A stretch of 64,000 nucleotides of DNA from Octopus sinensis. Taxonomy: Eukaryota. The stretch's first letter is position 1; every line of letters begins with the position of its first letter. Position numbers and translations under genes: made by a program. Location of the stretch: NCBI RefSeq assembly GCF_006345805.1, contig NW_021833037.1, forward strand, positions 1-64,000. Direction: 5' to 3'. The notes beneath the pieces are model-generated. The model was not told the origin of the DNA and ran no database searches. It saw nothing but the letters and a program-made list of their open reading frames with translations. Below, one piece after another: positions 12,487 to 25,435 of the stretch.

Positions 12487-13943
12487 CGAGCGAAGTAGCT
12501 GGTATTCAAGCGAAACTGCATGTCGCAGCCCCATTTGCAACTTGTGTCAGCTTCCACCAACAGAACCTAGATGTAGATAACTTCTTAACAAAAATGTAAA
12601 GGCTATCGGGGAATTTTTCGTCATACAGCAGCAACTTAACCTGTTTATAGCTCGATTCAGAGTGCATCAGTAAAAACAAGTACTTACAGGAAGAAAAACG
12701 AGAACAATCAGCAGAGCTGAAAATCTCCTCCTATACACGATGGGTCAGTCAGCGGGTACCGTGCTATGCTGTTCATTATGAGCAGTCATTTATTATGGAC
12801 ATCCTCTCACATTTCGGTGAGGTTATCAAGTTATGAGAGAGGCAAATTAAAGAGAAATGTTTCTATTACTTTTGTCTATGAAAGTTTGCGCTCTCGTCTT
12901 CGCTAAACATGTTTTAATACAAATCAAGTCTTTAGCAAAAACTATTACAAATTTTCACTGCTGTGACTACAGCAACGGAAATGATATCCATATGCATTGA
13001 ACTTCTTGATGTCAAACGAAACTAACCTTTTCTGGCCACCAATTAAGTGACAGATCAGTGAAGTAACGGAGGTTAATCAGCTGACACGAGAAAACTTAAA
13101 ACTCCACATTTGGAGGCCTAGGTGCTCAGTGAGAGTTTTCGAAACCGGGTGAAAAATAGAAGAGGATCTTAAAACTATTTTCACAAATGAGACCGTCATT
13201 CTTATATTGAACCACAATTGCTTAGAGTTCCGACACCAATTTTCGGCATAAAATGGTGATATCATGATAAACCTCTCTTATCTTATTTCTTTATTGCCCA
13301 CAATAAACTTTATCTTACTCCCTAAATTCCCCAGTTTCTGAATATGGTTTGTCTCAGATTCATAGCAGATACATTTCCACTGAAATTGGTCACCCTGATA
13401 TCAGAATTCCACTGTGCAAAGCGACTCATCGGGTGGAAGTGACACATTTTGGTCTCATTGATCGATTTACTTGAGATTTTGAATCTCTCTATGGATTCCT
13501 CGTTTGAACTGATCGAACTGCTGCAAGAAGATGTAACACTGCCTGTAAGCACACGGCAGGCTATGAATGAATACTTTCTCAAGGTGTGGATGATCAAGTC
13601 TTATCTGAAGGATTCCATAGTAAACAATAAACCATACAATTTATACCCAGTTATTATAAATAGATGATGTACCGAAAACCTGAATCTTGAAGACATCCGC
13701 TTTCGTTTTTCGACACATCATCGAAAAGAGATTTGCCTTCGAATAATTATTATTTTCTTAACTTATAATAATAGATGACGCTAACTTTTTATTTATCTGT
13801 GACATTTCAATCTCATTCAGAAGTTGACTGTAAATTTTATTTATTCAAATAAAACTCAAATTATTATTTATATAAAATCTTTGCCCGTGCTTTTTTTAAA
13901 CTAAGGCTGACTGGGCTACAACACAGCGATTGGGTTTCCACTG
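12487..13943 (+). mobile_element. hAT 3' half (duplicated copy)
   Basis: hATC motif at 13449-13667. Ends in CCACTG at 13943. Confidence 0.75.
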
Positions 13944-14557
13944 CCCCAGACATTAATCCTCTGAAATTCAATCCCTGATCCCATTTTCCCAACAGATGTC
14001 AACACACAAATCTCCAAGCTAAAGATTAACCGTATCGATCTCACTAATCCATAAACTTCTGCAAACGCCGTGTCTACTGCCACCTCTCCTCTTCACCAAT
14101 ATTAATCTAAAGCATAACCAACGGACACAAAAGCAACATTCTTACGATATTCATTGTCAGTGTTGCTATTCAATTTGTCACAGTAAAATCTATTTTAAAC
14201 TTTCTTTGCGCTGCTGAGTTTTGCTACGAGTTTCGTATTATTGATTTCGTATTTTCGTTTAATCTGTAGCATCCGTGTATGCAAATAATTTGCTGAAACG
14301 CAAAATTTCGTCCAAAGGGAAAAAAAGAAAAGATTTTTATATTAATTTCACTTTGTAATCCTTGATAAAATTTGTTTAGATTTGCCAGCTTTGACTGTTT
14401 CTGAGAGACCAGAATTAAAACTCAAATTAACAATCAGAGTACCTAAGATATTTGGTGCTTTCTTACGTTGGAATAGACGTACCATAATTCTCGGAAAGTG
14501 TTTGCTATATTCTTCAGAGAGTTTTTCGATATTACCTTCATCATTATTTTTCAGTTT

Positions 14558-14735
14558 GAAGGCGGCGAGCTGGCAGAATCGTTAGCACGCCGAGCGAAAT
14601 GCATAGCGGTATTTCGTCTGCCGTTACGTTCTGAGTTCAAATTCCGCCGAGGTCGACTTTGCCTTTCATCCTTTCGGGTTCGATAAATTGAGTACTAGTC
14701 ACGCACTGGGGTCGATGTAATCGACTTAATCCGTT
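14558..14735 (+). mobile_element. tRNA-derived SINE, 3' truncated
   Basis: GGCGGCGAGCTGGCAGAATCGTTAGCACGCC...GTTCTGAGTTCAAATTCCGCCGAGGTCGAC. Confidence 0.85.
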
Positions 14736-16080
14736 TACGTGTTAAAAGTGAAACAAAAACATTTCTCTATTTTATGTCAGATACTTTCACTTTATCAATA
14801 AAAATAATAATAACAATTAAATTATATGTAGTAAGTAATAATTAAAAATCAAACTAAAGTATACAAAAGTAAAAATAGCAATTGGTATAAAATTGCATCA
14901 ATGACTGGTTTCACATGAATAGGAATAAATTAAAAATAAAATTAGCGTGCAGAAATGGAATAGTCCAGATGGAGCTGTGCTTTTACATTAGATTACATTA
15001 GATTATCTGCTAATTAGCTAGCATTAAGTATCTATATGAAGTTTGGATGTATGTAATATCTGTTTTCTCGAACAGCCGCTTTTACAGAGTACTGCTGTTG
15101 GTTTATTTCTTATACATAAAGGACTAAAGCTTCAACTGCTTACTGCTTTCTGATTCATCGTAACGTTTGTTGTTATTATTATTACTGTTTAATTATTGTT
15201 ATTACGTTTGTTGGTTCCTCGTAAAGGAAACATTGTTGTGTTGCATTTGTTAAATAATTGTAAACTGTAACCCTCCCCCTTTGGGAGAAGGAGCTTTGGT
15301 TATTGTTTAAAAATTGAATTGTGTCCCTGTTTGGGGAAATTGACAATATTTTCACCGTTTACACGGAAGCATTTTTGTTAGAATGCCTTCGATAGAAGAA
15401 AGTCCAAAAATGAATTTCGCTGCAGCCGTCGGTGGGCGCGAACTCATTGAAATTAAAATGGAAGAAATACGGATTGATCACCGACAAAGACGGTGAATCT
15501 AGGATAACACCACCAAACGAAATAAAAAATTAAATTAAAGAAAAGACTATTGTCTATAAAGTATACAATGTAGAGAAGAAAAAAAAGATTTGAACACCTG
15601 GAGGAAAGCACCATCGAAAAGTGTCTTGGTGCGTCTATGAAATATATCTAACTAGAGGCGGTAAATTCACCACAATAGAAGCAAGATTCGAGTCAACGGA
15701 GCGTGCAAGGGAGTACTCGACTCGAACCTTGCAAAGTGGAAATATTTTATTTTTACCTTTATATCTGGGACGTAGGACGTCCCGGATAAAATTTAAAATA
15801 TCCCCCCAAAAGTAGAAGTAGGCGGGATTGTAGCCACACTTCTATACAAGAGGGAGGACAAGATACAATTGATCGAATTTACAAGAGACGGGCTAACAAT
15901 TCCAGTCTGTTATATATTTTGAGTATTGTTATCACTAGCGATATCAAGATATAACTTTGTATTTTGTATTTTATGCGTTGATGTATATATATAGATATAC
16001 ATGTAATATGTACACGTATATATACACATATATACATGCACTAGCACTATGACCCGGCAACAACGGGTCATAATGCTAGT
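14736..16080 (+). mobile_element. Helitron-like non-autonomous element containing a decayed gag/ORF1-like fragment
   Basis: Shares TACGTGTTAAAAGTGAAACAAAAACAT with 22374. Ends in a hairpin plus CTAG (16041-16080). Internal RGGKFTTIEARF...LPLYLGRRTSRIK is homologous to ORF 23680-24162. Confidence 0.6.
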
Positions 16081-16445
16081 ATTTAGATAATGGGTTAAAG
16101 ATTCGTTTTAACTGTTTGTGGTATTTAGTTTAGAACCGTCACGTTTTGCGATCGAATTCTGTCCATTCTTTGAAGGTCGATAAAATAATACCCAATTGCT
16201 TCATTTGTACAAGAGTAAATTCGATAATCTTATAAACCTTCAAATGTGTGAATGGGTTTATAAGAGAAGACTAATTTGAAAGAAAAACATGAGAAATAAA
16301 AATAAATTAACAAAGGAATTATCTTAATTAAATTGATTTTATTCACAAAGAAATACACATTTTATCTGATAGAATTATTATCAGCAAACGTGATCCGTTG
16401 AAGTCGTGCTCACATTTCATTGAGAAGTCATAATTCCATTAAAGT

Positions 16446-16636
16446 TCAGATCAGTTTCTTTAGCACGCACTTAGTGTTAGTATATGAAAAGGCGATACAT
16501 TTAGAAGATATCATACATAAACGTGAACAATCCAGAACCGAGTGAGCATCCATTTGGGCATCGATTACAAGGTTGAGATATGGATTTGGTTTGAAGGAAA
16601 AAGTTGAATAAGCTGTCAAATCATTAATTTCTTTTT
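16446..16636 (-). CDS. Terminal coding exon of PAN/apple gene copy B
   Basis: TAG acceptor after a pyrimidine tract. 191 bp, in frame with exon 25436-25663. 51/62 aa identical to the copy A terminal exon. Confidence 0.8.
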
Positions 16637-17612
16637 CTACAATAGAAAAAATAAATAGAAAGAGGAAACACAAGAAATATAACAACACAAATTAAATTAT
16701 TTCTCTTTATTGACAAGGTACAAGAGAAACGAATAGATATGGTCTATTGATTCGATAGATCGATGTTATTAATCTTTAGGTTAGTGTGAGTGGGGAGTGA
16801 GTTGCATAATCTAGAAAGGGGGGATTGGGAATAATAATTGATGAGGGATCTGGCTGGTGAAATAGCATGTATGACGGGAGAATGAGAAGGGGCATGTGGC
16901 TGGTTATCTCGGAGGTAAAGTTGTTCTCGTATTACCAGCGAGATGCATTAAGGTATTTCTGAGCAAGTTAGTAACGAAGCGTGTTGAGATGTTTAATGAC
17001 AGTGAGGATTAATATTAACCCATCTGCCAGATTTTAAATGTACTTGTGTGTTAGTTTTACTACATCTTTCTGCATGACTATTAATTATTAATTTATTTAT
17101 TATCTATTTAACTAAAAATTAAGACGCTAAGTAGAAATAATCATGAAATGAAGAAAAAAAAACGATATTTATAAATTTCTTTATTTTTTGCGTTGCGGAA
17201 GAAAGAGATATTTAAAATTTTCAGTTTTGTTCGGCGTGCACTGGAGACAGAAGATCGATGAATTAAAGATCAGGAACAAGACACAGAATCAAAGAACACT
17301 AAAAATAAACAACTAAATAAAAATGGTCTTACTATTAACGAAATAATAGGAGCCGAAAGCACATCCTACGGAGCTGATGTCCTTCAATGTATGTGACTGA
17401 CTGAAATTATTCAAAAGTTCTGAAATGGAAAAAAATGATGTAAGAACGCAGAAACTATGATCCACGGATTGTACCGTAATCATCTCCGGAATACGGACTG
17501 TGATCACAAGAAATACGTGATTTGTGGAAACTCGCGTAGCGCTGCATTAAAATATTTATAAAGTCCGTCTATGAAATTTAATTACTAATACCATGTGTGT
17601 GTGTGTGTGTGT

Positions 17613-19975
17613 GTAATATTTGCCAGCGCATTGGATGCACCCTCACATAAGACTCATCCTTATTTTACAAGGATATTTTGCGGAAAAAACAATTTTAGTA
17701 TGTTTCATCATGGATTTATTGAAAGTTGTTTTGTGGTGACAATTGTATGATTCTGCGCATGAAATACAATAATGTGACAGTACAGAGGAATAAAATATGA
17801 AGTCATATGTAGCTTTACACTCACCTTTAAAGGAAACAAAATTAATTTGCCATAGCGAAAGAGAAATGTTGGTATTAATGAAACCTGGTCTATGCAAACA
17901 AAAAGCAAATATACAGATAAAAACTGGGAGAAACCAATCAGCGAAGTGCAATAAAAGGGATAAATTCTTATTGATAGTTAAAGTTTCTCGTTCTTACTGC
18001 TGCCATCAATATTACCGGTACTCTCTTCATCACTAGAATTCTCTGCAAAAGGGTCTGTATCAGCGATATATTCTTCAAATAATACCATCAAGGGCATTAC
18101 TAATACCAGTTTTTTTTAAATGGTTTCACAGCATCCTCTTCTTTTACAGCATTCCATGAACTTTTTACCCAATCACACACCTGTGCAATATAGTATGCCT
18201 CTTCCTTCTTCCTGTTCGTGTTACTTCAAAATCTGAAGACTGCGTCCACTTGCTCCACCCCACCCGAAGGAATCCTTTAGATGGTTTATTGAGTGAAACA
18301 TTTAAAGACTGGTTAGGCCTCCCGGAATTACCGCTGGTTAGGCGTCCCGGAATTATAGCAGGTTAGGCTGGGATTATAGCTAACTGAGTCTTCAGTTCTC
18401 CAAGTTTCTTCTTAACAAGCTCAGTTCTATAAGCCCGAAACTGGTCTCAAACTAATAAAGCGGGTTTCTTTAATAGTCCACCAGGACGCCTGGACCACTC
18501 TTTGTCAAGTCATGATTTCATTCCTCCCTCATCCTTCCGATCTTTTTGGGTGGACAAGAACATAAATGCCATTGGATATCCTTTTTTTAGGCTATGTCTT
18601 TCCTTTAAAAATTAAAAAAGATGAAAGTTTTGTGCCATCAGCGCAGTATGATGATACAACTGTGTAGCGTGTCTTTTCATGGCCACATGTTTTAACAGTC
18701 AGAGTTTTAGCACCCTTGGGTTCTACTGCCTTGTTTGATGGCACATCAAATGTCAAAGACTTCGACCATATTTACTATCTGTGTGAAAGTCCAAAATTAA
18801 TTTGTTTTCTTGCACAGATGTGGTACCTATGAAACTTATGTATTTAATTTTCGTATTCAGGGAACATTTTTATTTCTCCCCATAAATATGGGACAACCGT
18901 GATGTTTACCCTTTAAAATCGTTGATATCTCAGTCCATTGCTATAAGTCTTGAACGGTGCATAACCATTTTAGTGGGATGAAAAAGCTCGATCTTCTTTG
19001 GTCTAAACCTCATGTTTTTAATTCTTCTTCTAGTTCAGACCACTTTATGAATCCCCTACGGAGGCAGTGTTTGATACGTTTAGCAGCTTTTAGCTACTCT
19101 TCCTGTTTCCTCCGCCAAGTCTTAGCATTTTGTCGGTCGGTGGTAGACCAAAATACCGAGCAGGCTGCCCTATTACCGTGGTCCTTTGCGTTTGCTACGA
19201 CATCTAGTTTCTCAGCCATGTGTTGCAATCTGTGCGAAATTGATCGTAAGTCAACTTACCGATACGTTATGGGAACCTTGCCCCAACTCTTGCCTCCTCT
19301 CAGATCAGCTGTATAGTTGTTTATATTTTGGGAAACAGCAAATGCTATACAGGATGTGAAACTCGTATTTCTGGATGTGATGCTTTGTGTTACCGCGACA
19401 GACCACAAATTGGAAAATAAGGGAAAAAAGACTAAAGAACCAAACACAAATGAATGACCAAGAATGGAACACAACAAGAAGAGGCGCTGTTGTACAAGCG
19501 ATGCCTCCGACATATGATCAGGTCTGATCATTGCAAATGGCTGCCAGGTGGATGAAAGTTTAACATTCCATTCAACTTTCTAGGAGCATTTTTCATTTAG
19601 ATAAGAAGAAATGTTCATAAAATGTAACCTAGTTCTTTAAATAATGTATTTATATATCAGATGTTGGGGAACGAGGTAAGTGAGGTGATGACAGCGTATC
19701 GTAATCAATCTTTCGTAAGTTTGTGATAACAGACTGTGATAATTCGGCTTGTTTCAACATTTTATTATTAGTAACACAATTTACTGTAATGATTTGGCTT
19801 GTTCTGATTATTCTATTAGAGCAACAGTTTTTGCGCCAAGAGAACTTCCAAGTACGCTCGTCCCTGCTCCCTAGCCTACGGCGCTCGGCCTCCCTTCCGT
19901 AATGTGGCCACATTAGACGCATTTGATACATTTAAAAATAAGAAAAGCGCGTCCAATCTGCCGGCAAATACGGTA
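17613..19975 (-). mobile_element. pogo/Tigger-like DNA transposon, near full length, decayed
   Basis: Imperfect TIRs TATTTGCCAGCG..TTGGATGC / GCGTCCAA..GCCGGCAAATACGGTA. DDE_1 region LTFDVPSNKAVEPKGAKTLTVKTCGHEKTRYTVVSSYCADGTKL on - at about 18625-18760. CENP-B HTH upstream. Confidence 0.85.
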
Positions 19976-20097
19976 CATACATACATGCATACATACATAA
20001 TGTTCGTACGTATACATGCATGTCTTTGATGTATGTATGTATGTATGTATGTATGTATGTATGTATGTATGTATGTATGTAGTATATATATATATAC

Positions 20098-20153
<56 letters not shown>

Positions 20154-20166
20154 ATATATATATTTA

Positions 20167-20948
20167 CAGGGTGTCCCAAAAGTCACTATACGCTTTCTTT
20201 TTTCTATTTCGTTTCGGGTATCATTTGGAGAGACGTGAGGCCATCAGTATTTGACACCTTAGTCTTTACAGTTTTTGTAAGTGTATCATTCCCTTGCCCA
20301 TGGCTCGCCGTCTGACGTTAGAGCAACGTTTCAAAATTCCCGCCAGGCAGGAAGTTTTTCAGTCCCCCTACTGCATTTCATCGCAAGTTTGACAGGGTTC
20401 ATGGCCGTCACACAGCTCCAACGCGTAGCACAATTTATGCTATCCGTAGCAAGTTTCTCGAAAGAGGATCTGTTCTTGACAAACCACGAAGGACTGCGCT
20501 GGAACTTACTATCAACAAAAGCTTGATTCAGTAGATGCTTCAGAGAGTGATAAAGCTCTATCCGTACCGACATTGGGTTCTTCAAAGACTTCAAGTGGAA
20601 GATCATGATGTTCATGGTGTGGAAATGTGTCAATCACTCCTCTACAATTACCAAAATGACTCTCAGTTCTTGGAAAACGTGTGGTTCAGCGATGAGTCTA
20701 TCTTTCATCTCTCTGATCGGGTAAACCAACGCAATTGTCGAATTTGGGAAACAAAAACCAGCAGAAATTCTCGAACACGAACGAGACTCTTCGAAGCTGG
20801 TGGTATGGTGTGCCATGGGCAAGGGAATGATACACTTAAATAACTGCAAAGCCTAAGGTGTTAAATGTTGATGGTCACATGACTCTCCGAATGATACCTG
20901 AAACGAAATAGAAAAAAAGAAGTGTATAGTGACTTTTGGGACACGTTG
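20167..20948 (+). mobile_element. Internally deleted Tc1/mariner element with about 105 bp TIRs
   Basis: TA-CAGGGTGTCCCAAAAGTCACTATAC ... GTATAGTGACTTTTGGGACACGTTG-TA. Motif WFSDESIFHLSDRVNQRNCRIW. Confidence 0.85.
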
Positions 20949-21002
20949 TACACACACACAACACACACACACACACACACCACACACACTAATAATATAA
21001 TA

Positions 21003-21049
<47 letters not shown>

Positions 21050-21332
21050 TATTTTATATAAATTAGAGATAAACCCACTATTAGGCAAATCAACAGTGAA
21101 ACATAAACCAATAATAGAAATAAATTAATTAATATAATACAAATATACAAAATATAAATTCAAAATTTAAATTATTTAAATTTAAATTTAAAGTTAAAAT
21201 TTTAAAAATATTTAATTATTAATTTATACTTATGAATTTATATATATATTATTTTTATTTTTATTATTATTTTTTTAATAAATATAACTATCAAAACGAA
21301 TTAAAAGTTTAATATAAGATAAAGAGTAAAAC

Positions 21333-21427
21333 CACTACGATCGTTTCCTGCCCATAATCTAATTCGAATAACAATAATTTAAATTCAATTAATAATTCGA
21401 ATTATGGTTATAGTCAATCTTCAGGTT
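21333..21427 (-). ncRNA. Hammerhead-like motif with long stem II, in an AT-rich Penelope-type terminal remnant
   Basis: On -: AAC-CTGAAGA-[hairpin containing AATTCGAAT/ATTCGAATT]-GAAACGATCGTA-GTG. Stem III is the palindrome ACGATCGT. Stem I is weak. Confidence 0.5.
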
Positions 21428-22183
21428 AATTATAATATTTAATAAATAATCAAACATTTAACAATATTTTTAAAGAAATAAATAAATAATAATTTTTCTT
21501 ATAAAAAACTCTATTATCAAACTAGAACATTAACGATTGATTATATTCATACATCGATTATAATGTTAAATATTAATTTTTAAGTATTAATTTTTAAGGT
21601 AAGAAACCCACAAATAATCTAATCTCAGTTATAGTCAATATCTAATTACATAAATATTGTAAAAAAAAATGACTATTCATATTATTAAATATAATTTCAA
21701 GTCAAATAATTATATAATATTGAATACTAACTAAATTATCAATGAAAATATATAAATGTATATAAATATAAGAATTAAGATCTAAAATTATCTCTATCAA
21801 TAAATATGTATTCACGTATAATAAAGACTTAATAAATTAATTATTCATTATTACTTATAAAAATATTAAAAGATTATAGATGAAATAGATAATTGTAAAC
21901 AAACAAACAATCTTAAAAGAACGCTATAACTAATTAACGATCCATACATCTCGTTGGCGAACTAATAACTTTCAAAAATCGTATAGTTAAGAAACTAAAA
22001 TGAAATAATAAAACACTTAATGAAATAATCAATCCGTAGTTATATAGTATCAAATAAATACTACGAATATATTTATCTCTAATTTGATATAAATATATAT
22101 ATTTATACTGTAAAATTGGATTTAATCCTAAATCTAATTTTTCCCTGTAAGTTTGGATTTACTCCCTATTATTATTATTATTA

Positions 22184-22231
<48 letters not shown>

Positions 22232-23334
22232 AAACTGAGAATGTGTGTCTGTCTGTGTGTTTCCCTAAAACTTGAGAACTACACAACCAATTTCATTCAA
22301 ATTTTACACATGCCTTGCTTCTTGCCTAGAGCGAGCCCACAGCAATATCATATCTTCTCCACTATTTCAGTATTACGTGTTAAAAGTGAAACAAAAACAT
22401 ATATCTCTTTGTATGTATATGGGTGTTATATATATATATATATATATATATATTACAAAATATAAGTTATATCTTGAGATCGTTAGTGACAACAACGCTC
22501 AAAATATATAACAGACTGGAATAGCAGTGTTCAAATGAGCTGTATACACTTTTTAATCCGAGGGGAGGCAATGCGAGCAGCAACCAAGAGCACTACAAAA
22601 TCCACAGATAGATCAAACACATACATATATTCATATATTCATTTATATCTACAGAACAGACATAAGCCCGACGTTTTAATATGTAGTAATATCTAAAATA
22701 TATAAACATCATATAAAAATATATTGTACGCATAAGATCCACTCGACGTTCCATAAGAAATTTAGAAATAAAAATTGCAATAAAAGTTAGAGGTAATAAT
22801 AACATTGAATTAAATATAGTAAATATAGTAAGTAGTAATTAAATATATTTTATTTTATTAAAAATATAATTTTATTAAAAATATATAACAATTAAAAGAA
22901 AAAATAGCAATTAATATAAGATGTATGAAGGAATTGAACTCGAATATGTGGCTTTGCATGAATGGGAGAAATTAAAATATGAAAAATTTAATTGAGTGCA
23001 GAAGTGAATTAGTCCAGTTGGAGCTGTGCGCATACCACTTACTATAGCTGCTAGATTAATTATATGCTTATAAAGTAGCATTCATATCTATGAGAATTTT
23101 GGGAGTACGTAATGTCTGGTCTTTCGCATGTAGCAGGTATGTAATTGTGCATTTGTTTCCGTGTACTATGTGTTGTTTGGTATTGTGCTTCTTATTTGAA
23201 CCTGTGAGTTGCTGTTTTATTTGTTGATTGTTATTTTTATCGTTAAACGTTATTGTTACATGGTTTTGGGGGTTTTTTGTCTGTCGTGTTGAGACAGACA
23301 AGGAAGAAGTGGGCTGCTCCTCCCTAATGGAGAG

Positions 23335-24679
23335 ATGGCCAGACGAAGTATGTTCGAAAGTGTGTCAGATTTATCGACTTCTGAAGAAGAACTTGAAAAG
23401 GCGATAAAGAAAATGGACAAGCAATTAGGCTACACATACGCAGGAGCGACAAGAACGGAGGAAAGAGAAATAGTCTTGGCCAAGTTGCCAAGCTACCAGG
23501 CATTTATTAAAAAGGTCGGCGGTGAAGTGGAGTTGTCACCGCCACCAAAACGAAGTGAGTAGCATGAACGAAGGACCATCACGTACCGGGTTTATGCCAA
23601 TGAAAAAAAGAAAATAGAAGTCGTCAGTATCGAGACAATAGTAGAAGCACTAAAAAGAACGGAAGAAGACATAATATTCTTGGCAAGAGGCATAAATTTC
23701 GGTACCGTGGTGGTCCAATTGAAGAATGAAAGTGTGGCGAGGAAAATGGCAACGAGAACAGTGAAGACAGAAAAGGTGTTCCTTCTGCCCTCATATCTGG
23801 GTAGAAAAACTACTCGGATCAAGGCGGAGAGGATACCTCCTAATGTTGACGGAGAGTGGATAGTGGCAGCCGTAATCAGTGGATGTGAGGAAGAAGTTGA
23901 CATCTTCCATGCTACAGTGAAAGATGAAGGCTGGAAGGGTGCAGTTTTGGAACTAAACGTGCAAGCAGAGGCTGAAATATTGGAACAATTGACTGAGAAT
24001 ATCAGAATGGGAAGTGTTATTATGAGAGTGTGGGTGGAGGGCAGAGCTCCACGCTGCTACAAGTGTGGCCTGAAAGGTCACATAAGAGCTAACTGCCCTC
24101 CCCCATCAAAGGAAATTGATGCGGAACCTCAAAGAGAGGTAGTGGCCAACGAGGATAAGTAGAAATCAACGAAGAAAGACACAACGGAAGAGGAGGAGGT
24201 ACAGAAAGAATGGGAAGAAGGCAGAAGAAGGAGGGAGAGAAGAAGGAAGAAAAATAAATAGTGCTGAACCCCAATCCACCCCAACACAACCCGCACCCTC
24301 TGAGACCCACCCTTCTCCTGCAGACAGTGAACCCACCCGCTCCCCAACAACAAGAAAACAAAAAAAAAGAAGAAGCAAATAGACAAGATACCGCAAAAAA
24401 ACCTGGGCCCAAATTTCTAGGTATTTCGACGTAAAAGAAATATTGAAAGACTATCACTGGTGTGACAAGGACAGTGATAGGTACGCTGTAATCTCGGAAG
24501 AACGTATAGAAGAATTCGTGGAAAAATGTAAAAAGAAAAACTATAAATTGTTTAGATTTGAAATAGATGACGAGATAATAACGGAAATGGAAAAGAGATT
24601 TGCGATGAAAATAGAGCACGATGTGTATTACATTCAGGATAAAGGACAGGTAAGTGATGCTAGCGGATGGGGCCGTTAG
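23335..24679 (+). pseudogene. L1/Tx1-type ORF1 (gag-like) with CCHC zinc knuckle, disrupted by stops; no ORF2 follows
   Basis: RVWVEGRAPRCYKCGLKGHIRANCP (C-x2-C-x4-H-x4-C). Collinear ORF pieces 23335-23562, 23680-24162 and 24443-24679. Confidence 0.7.
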
Positions 24680-24825
24680 CATCACTTTCATTTTTCATTT
24701 ATCATTTTCATATTCCATTTTCCATATTTATGTAATTGTGATGTTTCATGTTCTCAATGTTTGTATTGTCTCCTCTGTGTAGCCCTTTATGAGTAATGAA
24801 GAAACGATGTGTTGTGTGTAAAATA

Positions 24826-24907
24826 CATCCTGACGAGGGGAGTGTCAATTTTAAATATATGATATGTTTCATATTAATTGGTGCATCTCCGAAACGGCCC
24901 GTAGATG
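24826..24907 (+). ncRNA. Type I hammerhead ribozyme
   Basis: Stem I CATC/GATG, core CTGACGA, stem II GGGGAGTGTCAATT/AATTGGTGCATCTCC, GAAA, stem III ACGG-C-CCGT. Cleavage triplet GTA ends at 24903. Confidence 0.72.
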
Positions 24908-25166
24908 AACTTTTATGCATTTTTGTAAATTTGTCTATTTATCTTCTATGTATTTTTCTCTGGAATTTTAATTCGTCTTTTTTAATATGTCATTGTATAT
25001 TTTATTACCCCAAATTTTTAATTTCACAAATTTATACCAAACTAGCACTATGACCAGGCGTTGCCGGGTCATAATGCTAGTGTATATATATATGTATATA
25101 TATATGTATGTATGTATGTAATTATATATGTATTTATGTATATATGTAATATATATACAATATGTT

Positions 25167-25205
<39 letters not shown>

Positions 25206-25435
25206 GTATGTTGTATGTATGTATGAATGAATGAATGAATGAATGAGCAGTAGTTTGGTACTTACTTAATCCATCAGTATTTTTACATCACTTAAAGCCA
25301 AACTTGGACTCAACCACTCAATAAAGGTTAAAAGAAATTATTGGGATAACATAACAGCTAAAGGTGGAGCCTCAGTATCGTCCAAATAGACTGTGGCTAA
25401 AAGTCCAACAAAACATGAAAGAGCTTTGCACTTAC

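Larger units (their letters stand above)
12487..17590 (-). repeat. Segmental duplication unit, copy B (inverted relative to A)
   Basis: Reverse-complement match to about 5650-9310, apart from a B-specific insert at 14558-16080. Confidence 0.85.
22222..25081 (+). mobile_element. Helitron-like non-autonomous element enclosing a gag-like ORF and a hammerhead
   Basis: 5' TATATAAAACTGAGAATGTGTGTCTGTCTG start typical of non-autonomous Helitrons. 3' palindrome ending CTAG-T at 25042-25081. Confidence 0.6.

Noticed and set aside
22660-22760. Two AACGTC motifs on - resembling hammerhead 3' halves
   Set aside because: No recognisable CUGANGA core or stem II.
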